DNA from: a virus
Direction: 5' to 3' (one strand)
DNA length: 44,350 bases
Virus genome (UHGV): UHGV-0187309
The notes beneath the pieces are model-generated. The model ran no database searches. It was not told the DNA's origin and was given only the letters and a program-made list of their open reading frames with translations. Position numbers and translations under genes: made by a program. Shown piece after piece: positions 25,992 to 34,705 of the stretch. Each line of letters begins with the position of its first letter. Position 1 is the stretch's first letter.

Positions 25992-26305
25992 GAGCCAGAC
26001 TGAAACCGCCGGGAGATGCTGTCCGCTGCGATGCCTGCGGATGTGCCTTTGTGCCGGAGCCGAAAATGCAGCGTGAGGGAGAGATCGAATACAGCTTCCT
26101 CAACTGTGATTACTGTGGCAAAGCGTATATCGTGTCTGTGACCGATGCCGCACTCCGCCGGAGCATCCGCAAGTACCGGACGCTTGCCGAAAAGCTGAAG
26201 GGCAAGCCGTTGAGTGAAGATACGCTCCGTGAGGTCACGGCGCTGAAGGATGCGAACACAAAAAGAGCCGCAGAGCTGCGGCAGATGTATATTCGGGAGG
26301 GATGA
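25988..26305 (+). CDS. hypothetical zinc-ribbon protein
   Basis: CDACGC...17 aa...CDYCGK. ATGA overlap with nrdG. Confidence 0.6.
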   Translation: MRARLKPPGDAVRCDACGCAFVPEPKMQREGEIEYSFLNCDYCGKAYIVSVTDAALRRSIRKYRTLAEKLKGKPLSEDTLREVTALKDANTKRAAELRQMYIREG

Positions 26306-26306
26306 G

Positions 26307-27578
26307 ATGAAAACAGCAGAACTTCGCATGATCCCTGTCTCGGAGCTGAAGCCTGCGGAATACAATCCGCGTAAAAAGCTGAAGCCCGGCGACAAGGAAT
26401 ACGAGAAGATCAAAAACAGCATCGAGGAATTCGGCTTTGCCGACCCGCTTGTTGTCAACGCCGACATGACGATCATCGGCGGACACCAGAGACTGACCGT
26501 AGCAACGGCGCTCGGTTACACGGAAGTTCCGTGTGCGGTGGTGGACATCGACAAAGTCCGTGAGAAGGCACTGAACATTGCGCTGAATAAGATCACGGGT
26601 GCATGGGACGAGAATCTTCTGGCGGAACTTCTCGAAGATATCCAGAGCAGCGATTTCGACCTCGGCAAGACCGGCTTTGATCCGCCGGAGATCGAGCAGC
26701 TTTTCAATGCCGTTCATGACAAGCAGGTCAGTGAGGACAGCTTCGATGTGGAGGAGGAGCTGCAAAAGCCGACATTCTCGCAGCCGGGAGATATCTGGAT
26801 TCTCGGCAGGCACAAAGTCATCTGCGGCGATAGTACAATCGCAGAGACATACACCAAGCTGATGGACGGGCAGAAGGCAAACCTCGTCCTGACCGATCCT
26901 CCGTACAATGTGGATGTTGAGGAAACTGCCGGAAAGATCATGAATGACAACATGAGCGACAGTGATTTCTATAGCTTCCTGCTTTCCGCTTACAAGTGTA
27001 TGTATGACAGTCTTGCCGATGACGGCAGCATTTATGTATGGCACGCCGACACCGAGGGGCTGAACTTCCGCAGAGCGTTCAAGGAGGCAGGCTTCCAGCT
27101 TTCTGGCTGCTGTATCTGGAAGAAGAATTCTCTGGTGCTGGGCAGAAGCCCCTATCAGTGGATTCATGAGCCGTGTCTCTTCGGGTGGAAACAGAAGGGC
27201 AAGCATCAGTGGTATGCCGACCGCAAGCAGACAACTGTATGGGAGTATGACAAGCCCAAGAGCAGCCCCGATCATCCGACCACAAAGCCTATCCCGCTGA
27301 TGGCGTACCCGATCAAGAACAGCACCATGACCAACGGCATCGTTCTCGATCCGTTCCTCGGCAGCGGTTCGACACTGATCGCCTGTTGCGAGACAGACCG
27401 TGTTTGTCGGGGCATCGAGCTTGATCCGAAGTTCGTGGATGTCATTGTCAAGAGGTATCTGGCATGGTGCCAAGAGAAGCAGACCGCCGAGGTCGCATAT
27501 GTCATTCGTGATGGACAGAAGCTCACCTATGAGGAGGCTATCGCAGCGATGCCGCAGGGCGGTGATGCAGTTGAGTGA
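26307..27578 (+). CDS. ParB-like nuclease domain fused to N6-adenine/N4-cytosine DNA methyltransferase
   Basis: ParB-N motifs IPVSELKPAEYNPRK and IIGGHQRL. MTase motif IV LVLTDPPYNV. Motif I VLDPFLGSGSTLIA. Confidence 0.88.
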   Translation: MKTAELRMIPVSELKPAEYNPRKKLKPGDKEYEKIKNSIEEFGFADPLVVNADMTIIGGHQRLTVATALGYTEVPCAVVDIDKVREKALNIALNKITGAWDENLLAELLEDIQSSDFDLGKTGFDPPEIEQLFNAVHDKQVSEDSFDVEEELQKPTFSQPGDIWILGRHKVICGDSTIAETYTKLMDGQKANLVLTDPPYNVDVEETAGKIMNDNMSDSDFYSFLLSAYKCMYDSLADDGSIYVWHADTEGLNFRRAFKEAGFQLSGCCIWKKNSLVLGRSPYQWIHEPCLFGWKQKGKHQWYADRKQTTVWEYDKPKSSPDHPTTKPIPLMAYPIKNSTMTNGIVLDPFLGSGSTLIACCETDRVCRGIELDPKFVDVIVKRYLAWCQEKQTAEVAYVIRDGQKLTYEEAIAAMPQGGDAVE

Positions 27579-28350
27579 TGTGAAGTGTGTATTATATCAC
27601 GACAACTTCCAAAACTTCAAAGGCTACAGCATCCCGAAAGCGCAGCTCGTCATCGCTGACATCCCGTACAACATCGGCGGCGATTTTTACGCAAGCCGCC
27701 CCGACTGGTATGTGGACGGTGACAATCAGAACGGCGAAAGCAGCAAAGCACATAAGGCGGCATTCCATACAGATTACAGCTTTAACATTGCTGAATACTT
27801 CGCCTTCTGCAACCGACTGCTCAAAAAAGAGCCGCCAAAAGGTGAAAAGGATGCGCCGTGCATGATCGTGTTCTGTGCCTTTCAGCAGATACCGGAAGTC
27901 ATCCGGCAGGCGGAGAAATACGGCTTCAAGAAGTATCAGTTTTTGTGTTTTATGAAGAATTACAGTCCGCAGGTGTTGAAGGCGAACATGAGGATCGTGG
28001 GCGCAACGGAATACGCTCTGGTGCTGTACCGGGGCAAGCTGCCGAAATTCCGAAACACGGATGAGAATGGCAAACACCACATGATCTTCGACCATTTTGA
28101 CTGGATGCGGGACGGCAAGGATATCCCGAAGATACATCCTTCGCAGAAGCCGGTAAATCTCCTGAAACGGCTGATCGGGATATTTACCGACGAGGGTGAT
28201 GTGGTCATCGATCCCTGCGCCGGTTCCGGCTCAACGCTGCGTGCGGCGAGGGAGCTTGGCAGACACAGCTACGGCTTTGAAGTCAGCCGGGATTTTTATA
28301 ATAAAGCCTGTGAACTGATGCTTGGGGAGGATACCGATGACGAAGCATGA
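27565..28350 (+). CDS. DNA methyltransferase (beta-class N6A/N4C type)
   Basis: Motif IV variant IADIPYNIG, then motif I VIDPCAGSGSTLRAA. Start uncertain (ATG 27565, TTG 27571 or GTG 27580). Confidence 0.78.
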   Translation: MQLSDVKCVLYHDNFQNFKGYSIPKAQLVIADIPYNIGGDFYASRPDWYVDGDNQNGESSKAHKAAFHTDYSFNIAEYFAFCNRLLKKEPPKGEKDAPCMIVFCAFQQIPEVIRQAEKYGFKKYQFLCFMKNYSPQVLKANMRIVGATEYALVLYRGKLPKFRNTDENGKHHMIFDHFDWMRDGKDIPKIHPSQKPVNLLKRLIGIFTDEGDVVIDPCAGSGSTLRAARELGRHSYGFEVSRDFYNKACELMLGEDTDDEA

Positions 28351-28582
28351 ATGTGCGGTCGTGACCGCTTACACAGAGATTTCTATGCTCAAGGGCGACG
28401 ATCTGAAATATCTGTATGACTATCTTTCCGGCTTTATCGGCAGACCGGTGTATACACACGAGATTTCTGCTGTGGTGATGGCTTACAGAGAGCAGATCAG
28501 GGAGGACTTCCTCGATCTGTGCAGGAACGCAAAGGAGGCGGATGATGGATCAGAAACACTTGACTCTCGGCAGCTTATTTGA
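28337..28582 (+). CDS. hypothetical protein
   Basis: GGGGAGGA RBS. 81 aa. Overlaps both neighbouring MTase genes. Confidence 0.5.
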   Translation: MTKHECAVVTAYTEISMLKGDDLKYLYDYLSGFIGRPVYTHEISAVVMAYREQIREDFLDLCRNAKEADDGSETLDSRQLI

Positions 28583-31145
28583 CGGCTCCGGTGGCTTTCC
28601 GCTTGGCGGCATCCTTGCAGGGATCGAGCCGAAGTGGAGCAGCGAAATTGAACCATTCCCGGTGCTTGTCACGCACAAGCGGCTGCCGCAGGTGAAGCAC
28701 TACGGCGATGTATCCAAACTGAACGGAGCAGAGCTTCCGCCGGTGGATATCATCACCTTCGGCAGCCCGTGTCAGGATCTGTCCATAGCGGGCAAGCGCG
28801 CCGGAATCCATGACGGTGATCGGTCAAACCTGTTCTTTCAGGCGATCCGCATCATCAAAGAAATGAGGGATGCAACAAATGGACGATATCCGCGATACTG
28901 CGTCTGGGAAAATGTCCCCGGCGCTTTCTCATCCAACGGAGGAAACGACTTCAAGGCTGTCCTCGAAGCAGTTATCGGAGTTAAAGAAAAAGGGATCGAG
29001 GTGCCTGCGCCTGAAAATCACAGATGGGCAAAATCAGACGTATATCTGGGAGACGGATGGAGCGTGGCTTACCGAGTTTTCGATGCTCAATACTGGGGTG
29101 TCCCCCAACGCAGAGCAAGAATCTACCTTGTCGCAGATCTTGCTGGTGGAAGTGCCGGAGAAGTATTATTTAAGTCCGAAGGCGTGTCTGGGTATACTCC
29201 GCAGGGCTTCCGTGCGTGGCAAGGAGCTGCCGGAGGTGCTGAAGAAGGCACTGGAGAGACAGGCGGGCGGTCTGACGCTGGAGGTGGAACCCTCTGCCTG
29301 AATACACAGGGCAACAGCGGCGTCGGCATCACCGAGAACAAGGCTCTCGCACTGGTCGCACAGGATCATGGCAATCATCCGGCTGTGCTTCATGCGGTCG
29401 GTATCGACGGCTACAATGCTGCGGTCACCGATGATACGGCAGCAACGCTTGGTGTGAACTGCGGAATGTCCACAGGCAGAAACGGTGTCCTGCAGGCGGC
29501 GGGATTTTCCACAGAACACAGTGCAAAAGCAAGGAGCATCGGCTACGAGGAAGAGGTATCTCCCACACTTCGAGCCGGTGTTGTTCCGGCGGCAATGGAG
29601 TTATATGAAAATCATGGGCAGGACAGCAGATTCAGAGGACCTTTGGATGTAGCACAGCCTGTGACTGCTACCTACGGCATGGGCGGCAACAATCAGCCGC
29701 TTGTGGTAGAGAACAATCCCACGGACGGCAGAGCGAAGATCAATCCCGACGGTGTGTTTCAGACGCTCTGCGGACGAGCCGGAACAGGCGGAAACAACAC
29801 GCCGCTTGTTGCTGAACCGGTCACGCTGAAAATCAGGTCGGGATGTGAGGGCGGTGGCAAGGGTGCTTTATGGCAGACCGACAAGTCTGCTACGCTCGGC
29901 ACAAACAATGACCAGAGTGTATTTGTTCCGTTCGTCAAGGGAACACGTCCGCACTCTGCTGAAGAGGGGCAAACATGGAAACCCGGCGAGGTCGCCAATA
30001 CACTGAATACCTTTGATGTCGGTGAAAGTCGCTGCAATGAACTTGTGGTGGAAGAGCCGCAGATCAGGGCTTTCGGTGTATGCAGCAAGCATTCCAATGC
30101 GATGATGTCCGACAATCCGCACAGCGGATTCTATGAGGCGACCACAAGCAGAACGCTCGACCAAAGTGGTGGAAATTCTGTGACATCGAATCAGGGCGGC
30201 ATCTGCGTGGTAGCACCTGCGCCTGAAACCTTCGATGTGCGTTTCACATCAGACGGTACAAAAAACGCTCGTGGGCATTGCTATCCGACAGACATCTCCC
30301 GATGCCTTGATACGAGCGAGGGATCGCCAGACTCGAATCACGGCGGTGTCGCTGTGGTGGCTCTTGAACCGGGGGCTGCATCACGTGTCGGCGGTCATGT
30401 ATACAGTGACGGCAAAAGCGGTACGCTTCGAGCCAATGCCGGCGATAATCAGCAGGCTGTTGTGGTCGCCGAGCCGGAGACCTATGCTCTGCAAGGCTCG
30501 ATGATCGGTCGTGCCGACAAGAACGGTCCGCAGGGTGATGGCATCAACGAGGATGTGTGCTTTACGCTCAATACATCGGACAGACACGCCATTGCCGCAC
30601 CTGATCCGTCCTTCACAATTTCCCGCGACAACCATTTTGCCGTTTCGGAGGATGTATCCGTTACAGCCGTGGCAAGAGGCCCTGCGGCAGTCGCAGCACC
30701 GGCAGACCACTATTGCACCAGTAAGAATTCGCATCATACGGTCGCCGCCCATGAGCAGGCAAACACGCTGGTCGCTTCCGACTGGAAGGATCCGCCGCTT
30801 GTGAACGACCTTCCGAATGACGAGCCAGTATATATCGTTCGCCGCTTGACTCCGGTTGAGTGCGCCAGATTGCAGGGATTCCCTGACTGGTGGTGTGCCG
30901 ACCTTGCAATTACTGATCCTTCCGATGAGGAGATCGCCTTCTGGACGGAGGTCTGGGAGACATGGCGGCAGGTCACAAATCCCAAGGGCAAGCCGAAAAC
31001 GGAAAAGCAGATCCGCAAATGGCTGGCTGATCCGTACACGGATTCAGCGGAGTACAAGCTGTGGGGCAACGGTGTCTCAGAGCCGGTCGTATACTTCGTG
31101 CTTTCCGGCATCGCATGGGCAGCGCAGAGAGATACACAAAAGTGA
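28542..31145 (+). CDS. dcm: DNA (cytosine-5)-methyltransferase with ~570-aa repetitive variable (TRD) region
   Basis: Motif I LFDGSGGF, IV FGSPCQDLS, VI CVWENVPG, VIII QRRARIYLV, IX RRLTPVECARLQGFP, X LWGNGVSEPV. About 1.7 kb lies between motifs VIII and IX. Confidence 0.9.
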   Translation: MMDQKHLTLGSLFDGSGGFPLGGILAGIEPKWSSEIEPFPVLVTHKRLPQVKHYGDVSKLNGAELPPVDIITFGSPCQDLSIAGKRAGIHDGDRSNLFFQAIRIIKEMRDATNGRYPRYCVWENVPGAFSSNGGNDFKAVLEAVIGVKEKGIEVPAPENHRWAKSDVYLGDGWSVAYRVFDAQYWGVPQRRARIYLVADLAGGSAGEVLFKSEGVSGYTPQGFRAWQGAAGGAEEGTGETGGRSDAGGGTLCLNTQGNSGVGITENKALALVAQDHGNHPAVLHAVGIDGYNAAVTDDTAATLGVNCGMSTGRNGVLQAAGFSTEHSAKARSIGYEEEVSPTLRAGVVPAAMELYENHGQDSRFRGPLDVAQPVTATYGMGGNNQPLVVENNPTDGRAKINPDGVFQTLCGRAGTGGNNTPLVAEPVTLKIRSGCEGGGKGALWQTDKSATLGTNNDQSVFVPFVKGTRPHSAEEGQTWKPGEVANTLNTFDVGESRCNELVVEEPQIRAFGVCSKHSNAMMSDNPHSGFYEATTSRTLDQSGGNSVTSNQGGICVVAPAPETFDVRFTSDGTKNARGHCYPTDISRCLDTSEGSPDSNHGGVAVVALEPGAASRVGGHVYSDGKSGTLRANAGDNQQAVVVAEPETYALQGSMIGRADKNGPQGDGINEDVCFTLNTSDRHAIAAPDPSFTISRDNHFAVSEDVSVTAVARGPAAVAAPADHYCTSKNSHHTVAAHEQANTLVASDWKDPPLVNDLPNDEPVYIVRRLTPVECARLQGFPDWWCADLAITDPSDEEIAFWTEVWETWRQVTNPKGKPKTEKQIRKWLADPYTDSAEYKLWGNGVSEPVVYFVLSGIAWAAQRDTQK

Positions 31146-31222
31146 ACGCATAACGTGCCCGTTTTGAAACGATGAAACGAAAACTCCCGAATCTGCGTTA
31201 CTTTGATTTCGCAAAGATACAC

Positions 31223-31405
31223 TCATTCAGATTTCTTGTCTCCGCCAAGCTCGATCTTTCCGTGCTTTTCCTCATATTTTTCAATGCAGTCACGGATCAG
31301 GATCAGAACCTGACTGTTGGCAGAACGACCTTCGTAATCGGCAACAACGTGAAGTTTATCAAGCATCTCCTGTTCGATACGGATGGATACACTTTTAATA
31401 GCCAT
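31223..31405 (-). CDS. ribbon-helix-helix (CopG/Arc-like) DNA-binding protein
   Basis: 60 aa. MAIKSVSIRIEQEMLDKLHVVADYEGRSANSQVLILIRDCIEKY fits a beta-alpha-alpha RHH. AAAGGAAG RBS. The only minus-strand gene between 4.4 and 44.3 kb. Confidence 0.72.
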   Translation of the reverse strand: MAIKSVSIRIEQEMLDKLHVVADYEGRSANSQVLILIRDCIEKYEEKHGKIELGGDKKSE

Positions 31406-31518
31406 AAAACAACTTCCTTTCAGATATATTATGACTTTATTTTAGACCTGTTTTGTGGTATAATGTTTGAAATGGATATAAAGTGTATCTAAAATATATC
31501 TATAAGAAGTTGTACGAT

Positions 31519-31857
31519 ATGAAAATAGCAATTATTGGCTCACGGGGACTTCATGTGAATGACCTTGAACGGTATCTTCCGGAAGATGTCACAGAAATCG
31601 TCAGCGGAGGAGCAAGGGGCATTGATTCGGATGCGCGGGCATACGCACAGGCACACGGCATTCCGCTGAAGGAGTTTCTGCCGGATTATGAACGCTTCGG
31701 CAGGAGCGCCCCGCTGAAACGGAATCTTGAGATCATCGCTTATGCCGATGTGGTGCTTGCATTCTGGGACGGACAGTCACGCGGCACGAAATATGTGATA
31801 GACCATTGCCGGGAACAGCACGTTCCGGTCAGGGTTTTCGCACCGAGAAAGAAATAG
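31519..31857 (+). CDS. SLOG-superfamily protein (DUF2493 / YpsA-DprA-like Rossmann fold)
   Basis: MKIAIIGSRG...VSGGARGIDSDARAYA...VLAFWDGQSRGTKYVI. Preceded by the extended -10 TGgTATAAT (hexamer 31459..31464). Confidence 0.7.
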   Translation: MKIAIIGSRGLHVNDLERYLPEDVTEIVSGGARGIDSDARAYAQAHGIPLKEFLPDYERFGRSAPLKRNLEIIAYADVVLAFWDGQSRGTKYVIDHCREQHVPVRVFAPRKK

Positions 31858-31863
31858 TAATAA

Positions 31864-31936
31864 AGAAGCCATGCAGCAAATTGTGAACATTCTGATACTA
31901 AATCAGATGTTCTGCCGCAGGGCTTCTTTCTATTCT
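31864..31936 (+). terminator. long near-perfect hairpin + T-rich tail after the SLOG gene
   Basis: AAGAAGCC (31864..31871) / GGCTTCTT (31921..31928) closing inner GAACATTCTGAT/ATCAGATGTTC pairs; followed by TCTATTCT. Confidence 0.4.
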
Positions 31937-31992
31937 GTACTATGCACAATCTAAAGGGCAGACACGCCCCGTACATTCTCCGTTTTACAGTC

Positions 31993-32021
31993 TTGCATTC
32001 CGGGGCAAAAGACGGTAATAT
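31993..32021 (+). promoter_or_regulatory. cassette promoter P1
   Basis: TTGCAT 31993..31998, 17 nt, TAATAT 32016..32021. ATG at 32090. Confidence 0.55.
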
Positions 32022-32089
32022 GTGACTACGAAAACGCCGCAGCCCAACGCACAAGGCTGAGGGGCGGCAGTAAAAACGGAGGTAATCAT

Positions 32090-32998
32090 ATGGAAATCAA
32101 GTTCAATATTGAAAAGAGCCAGCGCAAGGCACTGGCACAGAAAATCGGCGAGCTGACAGGAGCAGAGGTCAAGTACCTCGGTGTACCGGGCTGCAGATAC
32201 CAGATCGACTTCTTCACCCTGGACAAAAACGCAGTCCTCAGTTTCAGCGACCGCATCGACACAGATATCGTGGAGAAGGTACTGAATGGGCTTGCAGAGG
32301 CAGGATATGAAAGCAAAACAGTAGCACCGCCGGAAGAAACGGATGCTTCGGCTGAATCAGAGCCGGATATCCCTGACGAACCGAGCAGCGGATTTCCGCT
32401 GCTCGCAAGCATCAGCTTCCCGATTGCAGAGCACACGGTGCAGAGCCTTACAAACCTTATCTGCATGATCCACTCCCGCGGCGCACTTCTCAGCAAGGCG
32501 ACCGGCGGACAGTTCTTCGCAGACAAGAGCCTCGCCGATGCGATCCTCGATGACAAGACCTTCCGCAGCATCCACGAGCTTATCGCCTACATCAGAGTAT
32601 GGGAGGAAACGAATCCCGAACTGAAGGGCATCCGTTTCGCCGATGACAAGCTGATCTTTGACGGCTTCGGTGCAGCGCAGGATGCCGAAACGGTGCAGAC
32701 CTTCACCAAGCTCGCCACAGCCATGAACAGGATGGCGATCACGCAGAAACGTGTGCAGGCAAAGGATGTCGATGACAGCAACGAAAAGTACGCACTCCGC
32801 ATCTGGCTGATCCGCCTTGGGCTGAACGGCGCAGACTGCAAGGTTGACCGCAAGCGCCTCATGGCTCCGCTTTCCGGACACACCGCATTCCGCAACGATG
32901 CGGAGCGTGTGCGCTGGGAGGCAAAGCAAAAGGCAAAGCGTGATGCTGCCAGAACCGAACTGACCGAGGAGGATGAAAACGATGCAGTTTCCGAATGA
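32090..32998 (+). CDS. hypothetical protein (C-terminal module shared with the amidoligase)
   Basis: 302 aa, GGAGG RBS. Acidic linker. C-terminal EKYALRIWLIRLGLNGADCKVDRKRLMAPLSGHTAFRN. Confidence 0.75.
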   Translation: MEIKFNIEKSQRKALAQKIGELTGAEVKYLGVPGCRYQIDFFTLDKNAVLSFSDRIDTDIVEKVLNGLAEAGYESKTVAPPEETDASAESEPDIPDEPSSGFPLLASISFPIAEHTVQSLTNLICMIHSRGALLSKATGGQFFADKSLADAILDDKTFRSIHELIAYIRVWEETNPELKGIRFADDKLIFDGFGAAQDAETVQTFTKLATAMNRMAITQKRVQAKDVDDSNEKYALRIWLIRLGLNGADCKVDRKRLMAPLSGHTAFRNDAERVRWEAKQKAKRDAARTELTEEDENDAVSE

Positions 32999-33230
32999 AA
33001 GACAGCTCAGAGCCTTGCGGGAGCGTTATCCCGCAGGCACCCGCATCCGACTGAAGCATATGGATGACCCTTATGCACCCGTACCGCCCGGCACGGTCGG
33101 CGAGGTTCAGATGGTTGATGACGGCGGCAACATACACATGGTCTGGGAGAATGGCAGAACGCTCTCCCTTATAGACGGTGTCGATGATTTCCAGGTCATT
33201 TCTGACCGCAATGGGGGCTCCGGAAAATAA
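32982..33230 (+). CDS. DUF4314-like protein
   Basis: YPAGTRIRLKHMDDPYAPVPPGTVGEVQMVDDGGNIHMVWENGRTLSLIDGVDDF. Second ATG chosen (GAGGAGG 9 nt upstream). Confidence 0.68.
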   Translation: MQFPNERQLRALRERYPAGTRIRLKHMDDPYAPVPPGTVGEVQMVDDGGNIHMVWENGRTLSLIDGVDDFQVISDRNGGSGK

Positions 33231-33343
33231 GAGATCCTATTCCATTGTATCCGAGTATACCATAGAATTTCAAGTATATCAAGTGTACACATACACCAGA
33301 TATGAGCAATGTATTTTCCTCGATATTCTGTGGTTTTAGCGGC

Positions 33344-33372
33344 TTGCTATATCCTCCGAAAGACGGTAATAT
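33344..33372 (+). promoter_or_regulatory. cassette promoter P2
   Basis: TTGCTA 33344..33349, 17 nt, TAATAT 33367..33372. Conserved leader to ATG 33428. Confidence 0.55.
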
Positions 33373-33427
33373 GTGACACAACGGAAGGGCAAACGCCCAC
33401 CGAAAAACCGAATCGGAGGATACCAAA

Positions 33428-34372
33428 ATGACTGAGAAAACCGCACAGCAGATCAACAGAATGAAGGAGCAGACCATCGGGGTTGAGATCGAGATGAACA
33501 ACATCACCCGCAAGGCTGCCGCAAAGCTCGCCGCCGACTTCTTCGGCACGAACCGCTACGAGGACACGGCCTGCCGCAACGGCTACGAAACCTACAGTGC
33601 TTGGGACGCACAGGGACGCGAGTGGAAATTCCAGAAGGACGTCAGCATCGCAGGCCCCGACAGCGAAAAGTGCGAACTGGTCACACCGATCCTGCACTAC
33701 GCAGACATCGAAACCCTGCAGGAGCTTGTGAGAAGGCTCAGAAAGGCAGGAGCGCGCAGTGATTACACGCGGGGATGTGGAGTCCACTGCCACATTGGAG
33801 CCCAGGGACACACACCGCAGAGCCTCAGAAACCTCGCAAACCTTATGGCAAGCCACGAAACCCTGATCGCCGAGGCAATCAGAGTAGACCAGAGCAGAAT
33901 GCACCGCTACTGCAGAACAGTTGACCCGAGATTCCTTGAACAGCTCAACCGCAAAAAGCCCACCACGATGGCACAGCTTGCGGACATCTGGTACGGCGCA
34001 CAGGGCTGCGAATACGGCAGAACCCACCACTACAACGACAGCCGCTATCACATGCTCAACCTCCACGCTACCTTCACCAAAGGCACGGTCGAGTTCAGAC
34101 TTTTCCAGTTCGCACCGCCTTCCAACGGCAAGCAGAACGGGCTCCACGCAGGCAAGCTCAAGAGCTACATTCAGCTCTGCCTCGCAATGAGCCAGATGGC
34201 AAAGGACCTGCGGAGCGCCAGCCCCAAGGAACAGCAGAAGGAAAACAAAAAGTTCGCCATGCGGACTTGGCTGATGAGAATGGGATTCATCGGGGATGAA
34301 TTCGCAACGGCGAGAGAGGTCCTCACTGAGAACCTTACGGGCGACAACAGCTTCCGCTTCGGCAGATCTTAA
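33428..34372 (+). CDS. putative amidoligase (Amidoligase_2, glutamine-synthetase-like fold)
   Basis: QTIGVEIEMNNITR...GREWKFQKDVSI...CELVTPIL...GCGVHCHIG...TVEFRLFQ. Pattern recalled from the Amidoligase_2 family. Confidence 0.75.
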   Translation: MTEKTAQQINRMKEQTIGVEIEMNNITRKAAAKLAADFFGTNRYEDTACRNGYETYSAWDAQGREWKFQKDVSIAGPDSEKCELVTPILHYADIETLQELVRRLRKAGARSDYTRGCGVHCHIGAQGHTPQSLRNLANLMASHETLIAEAIRVDQSRMHRYCRTVDPRFLEQLNRKKPTTMAQLADIWYGAQGCEYGRTHHYNDSRYHMLNLHATFTKGTVEFRLFQFAPPSNGKQNGLHAGKLKSYIQLCLAMSQMAKDLRSASPKEQQKENKKFAMRTWLMRMGFIGDEFATAREVLTENLTGDNSFRFGRS

Positions 34373-34637
34373 AGGCCTGCCCTTCGGGGCGGAAGAACAA
34401 GCGGAACGGCACGGCGGCGCACACAGCCGCCACGGTCTCGGCTCTCGCCTCGGTCGGTGCTTCTGCTTCGCAGAGGTTGCCACTGGCAACCCGCACCCCC
34501 GTGTGTGGCGGAAAGGGTATCCTCCGAATCGGTATCCCATCTCAGTCAACCGCGCCACACAGCGCAAATGTAGGCAAGGCATAAAATGCACAACATACGG
34601 CACAGAATCGCCCTCGATGATCTGTTCATTTACCCGC

Positions 34638-34666
34638 TTGATAATGCCGCCGAAATGAGTTAACAT
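34638..34666 (+). promoter_or_regulatory. cassette promoter P3
   Basis: TTGATA 34638..34643, 17 nt, TAACAT 34661..34666. Confidence 0.45.
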
Positions 34667-34705
34667 AGCACTACCGCAAGGAAAAAACGCAAAGGAGAAC
34701 ATAGC

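Noticed and set aside
26235-27473. 412-aa minus-strand ORF antisense to the ParB-methyltransferase gene
   Set aside because: Same reasoning: it is the antisense shadow of a well-supported + strand gene (DPPY and ParB motifs), with no start context.
31172-31492. 106-aa + strand ORF overlapping the RHH gene
   Set aside because: It is the antisense frame of the RHH gene, which has a good RBS and a textbook RHH sequence. The translation is a hydrophobic/Phe-rich artefact of AT-rich DNA.
33347-34702. 451-aa minus-strand ORF covering the whole amidoligase gene
   Set aside because: No RBS or promoter context. The Ala/Arg/Val/Gly-rich, motif-free translation is typical of the antisense frame of a GC-rich gene, and the + strand gene has clear family motifs and an RBS.
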